NCBI GenBank assembly: GCA_964383675.1
Contig: CAYLHX010000002.1
Span: 8,505-72,504 of the forward strand
Source of the DNA: an uncultured Candidatus Peribacteria bacterium
GTDB taxonomy: Bacteria; Patescibacteriota; Gracilibacteria; UBA1369; LOWO2-01-FULL-3
Length of the DNA stretch: 64,000 nucleotides
Direction of reading: 5' to 3'
The notes below the pieces were generated by a model. The model was not told the DNA's origin. It did no database searches and saw only the letters and a list, made by a program, of their open reading frames with translations. A program made the position numbers and the translations under genes. Shown here piece after piece: positions 1 through 7,512 of this stretch (the stretch's first letter is position 1; every line of letters begins with the position of its first letter).

Positions 1-1
1 T

Positions 2-1321
2 GATGGTCAGCCTACTTTTGGGGAAGCTAGATTAGATTTTTCAATTAGCCCGTTGTTTTTTGATTTTATGATTACTCCGATAATCGATCCTAGCATTTTT
101 GTCTTGCCCGGTGATTTTTGGAATGATTTTAATGATGATGCCGATCCGGAGCTTATTGCCCCAACATCTTTGTCTTTAGTCCCGGAAATAGCGTATCCAA
201 ATATGGATGTTGTTGTTACGGTGTTGGATCAGAATGGAATGCCTATTGATTTGCCGGAACTTTGGTATGTTGATGTTTGGCCGATAGCTTTGCCGTGGTC
301 TCAGGAAAATGTAGTTTTATCCACTGATGTGGGAATTAATGGTGTAGATTTGGCGGATGGGGATGGTACTTTTATTTTTAAGGCCCCGGCGGTAGGTGAG
401 TATAATGTCGGATTGTATGATGCAACCGAAATTCCAGGCAATGTTGTTTCTACACAGCAGTTAACAGTAAAAGTAACTCCAAATGTTCCAATTCCAGCTT
501 TTGAATTGAATCCAGATCTTTTTGATGCGATTGATTTAGCTGGATTGTTAGATGATTTTCAATTACCTGATGGTTTGCTAGATCCGGATGGGGAGAATGG
601 AGAGGTGGAAGTGGAAGGGGATGGAAACGGTGGAGGTGTCGTTGATGACGATGATGTGGCTATCGGTGATGGTGATGGATTGAGATGTACCGATGTGGAG
701 GAGGATTATTGGGCGTTTGAAATCATTAATAACTTATTGGATGACAATCTTTACCCGGTCGTTATGGATGGACTCGAGGTTAACTGTAGGCCTTTGACAG
801 CGGTGAAGCGTAAAGAGTTTACCGCTTGGTTATTGGCCGCTTACAATCCTGAGGCTGTTGCAAACATTGATGAAGTTGATGTAAGTGAAAATCCCTTTAG
901 TGATCTGTCGGAAGATGATCCGTATGCTCCTTACGTTATAAAGGCGAAGGAGTTGGGAATTATTGATGGTTATGGTGATGGCACTTTTAAACCGGATGCC
1001 CAAATCAACCGAGTTGAGGTTTTGAAGATTCTATTACATGCTTCCGGCCTGTTTGATGCCGATGTGGAAGGTAGAATTGATATTTTGGTCGAGCTAAATC
1101 CCGAGGCTGCGCCAAAGGCCAAGTTTAGCGACACTGCTAGCGAGGAGGCTTGGTACTACTACTACTTATATTACGCTGTAGCTAACGACATAATTGTGGG
1201 GTACGACGATGGTACCGCAAAGCCGGAGCAGGGAGTTATCTTCTCTGAAGCCGCTAAAATTCTCTACCTGACCGAGATGATGCAGCATCAACAAGTGGAT
1301 GATTTTTCTGGTAATCTTTGA
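2..1321 (+). CDS. Cell-surface protein with C-terminal SLH (S-layer homology) repeats; 5' end cut by window edge
   Basis: The frame is open from nt 2, with no stop upstream of the listed TTG at 53, so the ORF enters from outside the window. The C-terminal part has SLH-like repeats (FSDLSEDDPYAPYVIKAKELGIIDGYGDGTFKPDAQINRVEVLKILL; FSDTASEEAWYYYYLYYAVANDIIVGYDDGTAKPEQGVIFSEAAKILY). A G/D/E-rich low-complexity linker precedes them. Confidence 0.7.
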   Translation, partial: DGQPTFGEARLDFSISPLFFDFMITPIIDPSIFVLPGDFWNDFNDDADPELIAPTSLSLVPEIAYPNMDVVVTVLDQNGMPIDLPELWYVDVWPIALPWSQENVVLSTDVGINGVDLADGDGTFIFKAPAVGEYNVGLYDATEIPGNVVSTQQLTVKVTPNVPIPAFELNPDLFDAIDLAGLLDDFQLPDGLLDPDGENGEVEVEGDGNGGGVVDDDDVAIGDGDGLRCTDVEEDYWAFEIINNLLDDNLYPVVMDGLEVNCRPLTAVKRKEFTAWLLAAYNPEAVANIDEVDVSENPFSDLSEDDPYAPYVIKAKELGIIDGYGDGTFKPDAQINRVEVLKILLHASGLFDADVEGRIDILVELNPEAAPKAKFSDTASEEAWYYYYLYYAVANDIIVGYDDGTAKPEQGVIFSEAAKILYLTEMMQHQQVDDFSGNL

Positions 1322-1329
1322 TTAACTTT

Positions 1330-1379
1330 AATGAGCTTGTTCTAGATTAAAAGACTATGAACAAGCTCATTTATTTTTT
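1330..1379 (+). terminator. Hairpin plus T-tract downstream of the SLH gene; its 3' arm lies inside the convergent ftcD coding region
   Basis: Perfect 13-bp inverted repeat aatgagcttgttc (1330-1342) / gaacaagctcatt (1359-1371) with a 16-nt loop, followed by tattttttc. Confidence 0.5.
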
Positions 1380-2853
1380 CTCCCTTCTTTTCTAAAGTTG
1401 CCAGAATTTTTTCACAGGCCGAGTTTGCCTCTTTAACAAATTTTTTGTCCCCGATCTCTTTAATATTGATATAGACATTGAGAATAGCTCCTTTTATTGC
1501 GGCTTCCGTCATGTAGAGGGCAACGCCGCAGTCGGAGATGGCATTTTTGTTGCCATTTTCGGCGATGGGTTTGATTAGATCTAAAAGTTTGAGGGCGGTT
1601 TCGGCGGTTTTGAGAGGGGCTGCCGCAGCTTCTTTTAAAGTTTTTTGGATAGCGGTTTTCCTCTTTTTTTCATCTTCAACTTTGAAAGCTTGGCCAACTT
1701 TGTTGTAAGCTTCGGCATCTTCTTTTATCAGTAAATATAGTTCTTGTCTTAATTGCTCGGTCTTTTTGAGGAGTTTTGCCGCTTGATCGTGAAATTTGGA
1801 ATATTTCTTGCTGGCGATGGTTAAGTTGGCCACCATGGAAGTTAGTGCCGCAGCTAAGCTGCCGGCCAAGGCGGCTACCGATCCGCCACCGGGGACCGGT
1901 TTTTTGGAGGCGGTTTGGTCCAGAAAATCATCAAGGTAATCGCGACTTTTTTCCATCTTTTTTTGCAAGCGTTGTTCTAGAATCTGCTTGTTTTTGAAGT
2001 CGTTAATCTGTAGATAGTATTTTGCTGCTTCAATTAGGGCTTTTTGAGGAATTAGGCCTATGACTTCGCTTTCCTGTATGCCAACTCCATAGCGTCCGGC
2101 TTCACGTTTAATGGCTTCAAAAACATGATGAACCGTACTTTCTTTGTAATTGGTAAGGTTCATGGAAACTTGAACTATACCTTTGTCTTCCAGCTCGAAA
2201 CCAAGCGCTTTGACGTATTTGAAGCCGCCGGTTTGAAAACGCACCGTTTTTGCAATGGCTTGAGCGATTTTCAGATTGTCGGTGGCCAGATTCACATTGT
2301 AGGCCACCAACGGTTCACGAACTCCCACAGCGGTTGCCCCGGCTTTGCCGACTTTCGTTGGTCCAAAATCAGGTTTTCTGTCGGGATTTTTGGCTATTTC
2401 TTTTTTGATAGCTTCGTACTGACCTTTGCGCACGGTAGCCAGGTTTTCTCTTTCAGGCCTTTTGGCGGCTTTTTCGTAAAGATAAACCGGAATTTTGAGT
2501 TCTTTGGCGATTCTGGCGCCCAGTTTTTCGGCCATAGGGATGCAGTCTGCCACTTTCAGTCCTTTCAAAGGTACAAGTGGGACTACGTCGGTGGCACCCA
2601 TGCGAGGGTGTTCACCTTTGTGTTTATCCAGGTCAATTAGTTCCGAAGCTGTTTTGACGGCCTGGAAAGCCGCTTCCAGTACCGCTTCAGGTTCTCCAGC
2701 AAAAGTTACTACCGAGCGGTTGTGATCCTTATCGCTTTCTTGGTCTAATAAAAACACACCGGGTATAGCTTCAATGGCGGCTATTATGGTTTCTATTTTT
2801 TTCTGATCTCTGCCTTCACTAAAATTGGGAATACATTCTATTATTTTTTTCAT
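1342..2853 (-). CDS. ftcD: Bifunctional glutamate formimidoyltransferase / formimidoyltetrahydrofolate cyclodeaminase
   Basis: The N-terminus MKKIIECIPNFSEGRD is the typical formiminotransferase start. The C-terminal ~190 aa has the cyclodeaminase-type PVPGGGSVAALAGSLAAAL segment. It is divergent from hutH across a 39-bp spacer. Confidence 0.8.
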   Translation of the reverse strand: MKKIIECIPNFSEGRDQKKIETIIAAIEAIPGVFLLDQESDKDHNRSVVTFAGEPEAVLEAAFQAVKTASELIDLDKHKGEHPRMGATDVVPLVPLKGLKVADCIPMAEKLGARIAKELKIPVYLYEKAAKRPERENLATVRKGQYEAIKKEIAKNPDRKPDFGPTKVGKAGATAVGVREPLVAYNVNLATDNLKIAQAIAKTVRFQTGGFKYVKALGFELEDKGIVQVSMNLTNYKESTVHHVFEAIKREAGRYGVGIQESEVIGLIPQKALIEAAKYYLQINDFKNKQILEQRLQKKMEKSRDYLDDFLDQTASKKPVPGGGSVAALAGSLAAALTSMVANLTIASKKYSKFHDQAAKLLKKTEQLRQELYLLIKEDAEAYNKVGQAFKVEDEKKRKTAIQKTLKEAAAAPLKTAETALKLLDLIKPIAENGNKNAISDCGVALYMTEAAIKGAILNVYINIKEIGDKKFVKEANSACEKILATLEKKGEKINELVHSLLI

Positions 2854-2892
2854 AATTTTTGTGTTAAAGTTGTTCCGGCTTTTTTAAAATAT

Positions 2893-4422
2893 ATGGAAAC
2901 CTTAAAGTTAAGCGGAACAAGTCTCACTTTAGAGAATATTGAGGAAGTTGCAAGATATTTTCGAGTTGTAGAACTTTCTGAAGAGGCTAAGGAGAGCGTT
3001 ATTAAGTCGCGAGCAATCGTGGAAAAGAAAACGAGGAGTGATAATATTTATTACGGTATTAACACCGGTTTTGGTGATCTTTGTAATGTGAAGATTTCCG
3101 ATAAAGATCTGGAAAAGCTGCAGGAAAATCTGATTAAGAGCCATGCGGTGGGAGTGGGGAATCCGCTTTCCGAGGAAGTTGTGCGGGCGGTGATGCTTAT
3201 TAGAGTTAATAGTTTGATCAAGGGAAGTTCCGGAATTCGTCTGGAGGTCGTGGAGCTTTTGGTGGAGTTTTTAAATAAAAGAATTCATCCGTGCATTCCA
3301 TCACAAGGTTCGGTTGGAGCCAGTGGAGATCTGGCGCCTTTGGCTCACATGTCCTTACCATTGATTGGTGAGGGTGAGGTGATTTATGAAGGTGAAAAAC
3401 ATTCTGCGGACGAAGTTTTACAAAAAGTGGGACTGAAAGCTTTGGAATTGCAATCCAAGGAAGGCTTGGCTTTAATTAACGGAACCGCCGTGATGTGTGG
3501 AGTGGGAGCTTTGGCGCTTTTGGATGCCGAGCGTTTGGTGAGAATGGCCGCCATATCCGGATCTATGAGCCTGGAAGCCTTGAAGGGGGTTGATGCTTTT
3601 TTGAGGTCGGAAGTTCACCAGATGCGTCCCCATGAAGGTCAAATTGCTGCGGCTTCAAATATGAGGAGATTGATTGAGGGTAGTGGAATATTGGCAGCTT
3701 ACCGAGATTCGGGGAAGGTTCAGGATGCCTACAGTATTCGTTGTATACCGCAAGTTCATGGTGCAACCAGAGATACTTTGACGCATGTACGCAAAGTTTT
3801 GGAGATCGAGGTAAACTCTGTGACCGATAACCCTTTAATAGATCCAGTTACTGAAGATATTATCTCTGCCGGTAACTTTCACGGACAGCCTATTGCTTTT
3901 GTGATGGATTTTTTGTGTATCGCAATTGCGGAGATTGCCAATATAGCCGAGTCCAGGGTCTCCAGGTTGATTAATTCTCGTTATTCCGACTTGCCGCCCT
4001 TTTTGGTGGAGGACAGCGGTCTTAATTCCGGTTTCATGGTGGCGCAATATACCATTGCCGCTTTGGTTTCCGAGAATAAAGTTTTATGTCACCCTGCCAG
4101 CGTGGATTCTATTCCCACCTGTGCGGGACAAGAGGATCACGTGAGCATGGGGACTATAGCGGCGCGTAAATCCGCTGAAGTGATTAAAAATGTAACCAAT
4201 GTTATTGCAATCGAGTTTTTAGCGGCCTCTCAGGGACTTGATTTTCTGGCACCGTTGAAGAGTAGTTTGCCTCTTCAGGCGGTTCATAATTTGATTAGAA
4301 GCGAGGTGCCGAAACTTACCGAAGACAGAAGAATGGATTTGGATGTTCAAAATGTGGTTAAAATGATGAAGGAACTCAAAATTATTGCAGCTGTTGAAAA
4401 TGTTATTGGAGCCTTGGAATAA
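2893..4422 (+). CDS. hutH: Histidine ammonia-lyase
   Basis: MIO-forming GSVGASGDLAPLAH motif. The 509-aa length and the NGTA and QEDHVSMG segments are typical of HAL. Confidence 0.9.
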   Translation: METLKLSGTSLTLENIEEVARYFRVVELSEEAKESVIKSRAIVEKKTRSDNIYYGINTGFGDLCNVKISDKDLEKLQENLIKSHAVGVGNPLSEEVVRAVMLIRVNSLIKGSSGIRLEVVELLVEFLNKRIHPCIPSQGSVGASGDLAPLAHMSLPLIGEGEVIYEGEKHSADEVLQKVGLKALELQSKEGLALINGTAVMCGVGALALLDAERLVRMAAISGSMSLEALKGVDAFLRSEVHQMRPHEGQIAAASNMRRLIEGSGILAAYRDSGKVQDAYSIRCIPQVHGATRDTLTHVRKVLEIEVNSVTDNPLIDPVTEDIISAGNFHGQPIAFVMDFLCIAIAEIANIAESRVSRLINSRYSDLPPFLVEDSGLNSGFMVAQYTIAALVSENKVLCHPASVDSIPTCAGQEDHVSMGTIAARKSAEVIKNVTNVIAIEFLAASQGLDFLAPLKSSLPLQAVHNLIRSEVPKLTEDRRMDLDVQNVVKMMKELKIIAAVENVIGALE

Positions 4423-4452
4423 TCTTTCCGTGCAAAGTAAATAAAAATATAC

Positions 4453-6144
4453 ATGAACAAGAAAAGACCACTTTATTTAAATGAGAAACCGAAAGGATTA
4501 ATTAAGGCCCAGACTGGTGCTAAAATGCGTTGTAAGAGTTGGGAAAGTGAGGCGGCGCTGAGGATGTTGGAGAACAATCTGGATCCGCGAGTGGCTCTTA
4601 TTCCCGATGAATTGATCGTCTATGGCGGTACCGGCCGCGCCGCCCGCAACTGGCGCGAATATAACACTATCGTTAAAACCTTAAAATCCCTTAAGCCCGA
4701 TGAAACAATGCTTGTTCAATCGGGAAAAGCGGTTGGTGTTTTGCAAACATTTGAGCATGCTCCGCGAGTGCTTATCGCTAACTCCAATATTGTTCCCGCC
4801 TGGAGTACTCAAGAAAATTTTGACCACTATGATCAGTTGGGTCTGACAATGTATGGTCAGATGACTGCCGGTAGCTGGATTTATATCGGTACTCAGGGAA
4901 TTTTGCAGGGAACTTACGAAACCTTTGCCGCTTTGGCTGATCAATATTTTGGTGGTAGCTTGAAGGGGCGCTGGGTGGTTACCGGTGGGCTGGGCGGTAT
5001 GAGTGGTGCACAGCCACACTCTGTTACCATGAACGAAGGTGTGATTTTGAATATTGAGGCCATTGCCGAAAGAGTTAAACAAAAAGTGGAGGAGGGATAT
5101 TTGGATAAGATGGTGGACAATTTGGATGAGGCTCTGAGTCTGGTGTATGAGGCGGTGAAAAATAACAAGCCGCTTTCAGTGGGTTTGGTTGGCAACACGG
5201 CCACGGTTTTGGCTGAACTGGTCAAACGTAAGGCAATTCCGGATATTGTGACCGATCAGACATCCGCCCATGATCTTATGAGTTACTGGCCCGAGGGAGA
5301 TATTGAAGAGATGAAGAAATTGCAGTCGAAAGATCCTGTAGATTTCAGGAAGAGAGCACTGAAGGCTATTGTGAAACACACTCAGGCTATTTTGGACATG
5401 CAAAAGAAGGGGGCTATTGCTTTCGATTATGGTAACAATCTGCGCGGCCAAGCCGAAAAAGGTGGTTTGACTGTGCGTGATAAAAAGGGCGAATTTTTGT
5501 ATCCGGGGTTTGTGCCGGCTTATATCAGGCCTTTGTTTTGTCAGGGTAAGGGGCCGTTTAGGTGGGCAGCGCTTTCCGGTGATCCCCGGGATATTCTCGT
5601 GATCGATGAAGCGCTGCTGAAAACTTTTCCAAAAGACAAAGCACTGAAGCGTTGGATTACTTTGGCTCAAAAAATGGTGCCATTTATCGGTTTGCCAACA
5701 AGAGTTTGTTGGCTTGGTTATGGAGAGCGAGCTAAATTTGGTTTGATTATCAATGATTTGGTTAAGAAGGGTAAGGTAAGGGGGCCCATTGTAATTGGTC
5801 GCGATCATTTGGATTGCGGCAGTGTTGCCTCACCAAATCGTGAGACCGAAGGCATGAAGGACGGTTCCGATGCCATTGCCGACTGGCCATTCTTAAATGC
5901 CATGGCCAATATCGCCTCCGGAGCAGATTGGGTATCGATCCACAATGGTGGGGGAGTTGGTATTGGTAATTCAACTCATGCGGGAATGGTCGTGGTAGCT
6001 ACAGGCACCAAGGAAAAAGCGGAAAGGTTGGAAAGAGTGCTTACCACAGATCCCGCCCTTGGAGTGATGCGTCATGCTGATGCCGGTTATGAGCTGGCTG
6101 TTAAAGTTGCCAAGCAGAAGGGAGTGAAAATTCCGGGCTTGTAA
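4453..6144 (+). CDS. hutU: Urocanate hydratase
   Basis: 563 aa. Carries the conserved urocanase segments [32 protein letters not shown] and [11 protein letters not shown]. Confidence 0.9.
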   Translation: MNKKRPLYLNEKPKGLIKAQTGAKMRCKSWESEAALRMLENNLDPRVALIPDELIVYGGTGRAARNWREYNTIVKTLKSLKPDETMLVQSGKAVGVLQTFEHAPRVLIANSNIVPAWSTQENFDHYDQLGLTMYGQMTAGSWIYIGTQGILQGTYETFAALADQYFGGSLKGRWVVTGGLGGMSGAQPHSVTMNEGVILNIEAIAERVKQKVEEGYLDKMVDNLDEALSLVYEAVKNNKPLSVGLVGNTATVLAELVKRKAIPDIVTDQTSAHDLMSYWPEGDIEEMKKLQSKDPVDFRKRALKAIVKHTQAILDMQKKGAIAFDYGNNLRGQAEKGGLTVRDKKGEFLYPGFVPAYIRPLFCQGKGPFRWAALSGDPRDILVIDEALLKTFPKDKALKRWITLAQKMVPFIGLPTRVCWLGYGERAKFGLIINDLVKKGKVRGPIVIGRDHLDCGSVASPNRETEGMKDGSDAIADWPFLNAMANIASGADWVSIHNGGGVGIGNSTHAGMVVVATGTKEKAERLERVLTTDPALGVMRHADAGYELAVKVAKQKGVKIPGL

Positions 6145-6147
6145 CTT

Positions 6148-7452
6148 GTGGGCCTTGTTCTAATTGGTTATATTGGTTTTGTGGCAAATCAATTGTTGAT
6201 AAAAAACTGTGGACAGCTTTTGACCATGAAGGGTCAGGCTCCGAAGATTGGCAAAAACATGTCAAATTTGGGTCTTCAAAAAGACGCTTTTGTATTTTGT
6301 GAAGATGGTTTTATCAGCAAGGTTGGTAAGATGAAGGACCTTGCCAGATTTTTGAGGGCGAGGAAGATAACTCGTGTTAAAGAACTTGATGCACAGGGGA
6401 AAGTTGTGATGCCTGGTTTGATTGATTGTCACACCCATTTGGTTTTCGCCGGTTCAAGGGCCGCTGAATTCAAAATGAAGTTGGAAGGGAAAAGTTATCT
6501 GGAGATTTTGGCTGCCGGTGGGGGAATTTTGAGTACAGTGAAGGCTACGCGCAAGGCCGGTAAACGTGAGCTTTTGGGAAAAGCCGTTCAACACCTTGAA
6601 GAGATGCTTAAAATGGGAGTTACAACCGTTGAAATAAAGAGCGGTTACGGCTTGGACAAAAAGACTGAGCTGAAAATTTTTGCGGTGGTGGAGGAGTTGA
6701 AGAAATTAACGTCAAAGGGCGGACAGCATATTGTGGGTACTTTTTTAGGCGCGCATACCGTTCCCCCGGAATACAAAGGACGAAGCGATGAATATTTGGA
6801 GTATTTAGTTGAAGAAGTTTTGCCGGAAGTGAGGGGTAAGGCTGATTTTGTGGATATTTTCTGTGAGAAAAAGGCTTTCAGCGTAAGACAGTCGAGGAAA
6901 TATCTTGAAAAAGCTCGGGAGCTTGGGTTTGGTTTGAAGATTCACTCCGAGCAAATCAATCGGCTGGGCGGTTCAAAATTGGCGGCGAAACTTGGAGCCA
7001 CCAGCATGGATCACTGCGATCAATTGAAAAAGCGTGATATAAGAAAGATTGTTAAATTGTCCAAGGGGAAGACTATTGCGGTCTTATTGCCTTTGGTCCC
7101 ATTATATTTGCGTGAAGAAAAATATGCCGACGGACGTTATATGATTGATGCCGGATTACCGGTAGCGGTTTCTACGGACTTCAACCCGGGTTCAGCCCCC
7201 TCCAAAAATCTCTTTCTGGCGATGACTTTTGCTTGTCTTAAGATGGGCCTTACTCCCGAGGAGTCTTTGTCTGCCGTAACCATTAATGCCGCTTGCGCTT
7301 TAGGGCTTCAAGAGGAGATTGGGAGTGTTGTAGCGGGCAAAAGAGCTGACTTGGTGATCATGAGGACCGATGATTATAGAGACCTTCCTTACTGGATGGG
7401 CGAAAACCTTGTTTCTCAGGTGGTTTTGGGTGGAAGTGTTAAGAGGTTATAA
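6148..7452 (+). CDS. hutI: Imidazolonepropionase
   Basis: Amidohydrolase fold with the metal-binding DCHTHLVF motif, LKIHSEQ and VSTDFNPGS. It follows hutU after 3 nt. The GTG start at 6148 is the listed start; the exact start is uncertain. Confidence 0.85.
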   Translation: MGLVLIGYIGFVANQLLIKNCGQLLTMKGQAPKIGKNMSNLGLQKDAFVFCEDGFISKVGKMKDLARFLRARKITRVKELDAQGKVVMPGLIDCHTHLVFAGSRAAEFKMKLEGKSYLEILAAGGGILSTVKATRKAGKRELLGKAVQHLEEMLKMGVTTVEIKSGYGLDKKTELKIFAVVEELKKLTSKGGQHIVGTFLGAHTVPPEYKGRSDEYLEYLVEEVLPEVRGKADFVDIFCEKKAFSVRQSRKYLEKARELGFGLKIHSEQINRLGGSKLAAKLGATSMDHCDQLKKRDIRKIVKLSKGKTIAVLLPLVPLYLREEKYADGRYMIDAGLPVAVSTDFNPGSAPSKNLFLAMTFACLKMGLTPEESLSAVTINAACALGLQEEIGSVVAGKRADLVIMRTDDYRDLPYWMGENLVSQVVLGGSVKRL

Positions 7453-7512
7453 AAGATTATTGACAGCATTGGCTTTATGTGTCAAAGTTCTTCCCATTTT
7501 TAACATTCAATA

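Noticed and set aside
7460-7485. TTGACA-N14-TGTCAA inverted repeat between hutI and the 988-aa gene.
   Set aside because: It has only 6-bp arms, which are expected by chance. It has no T-tract to act as a terminator and no second copy to suggest an operator.
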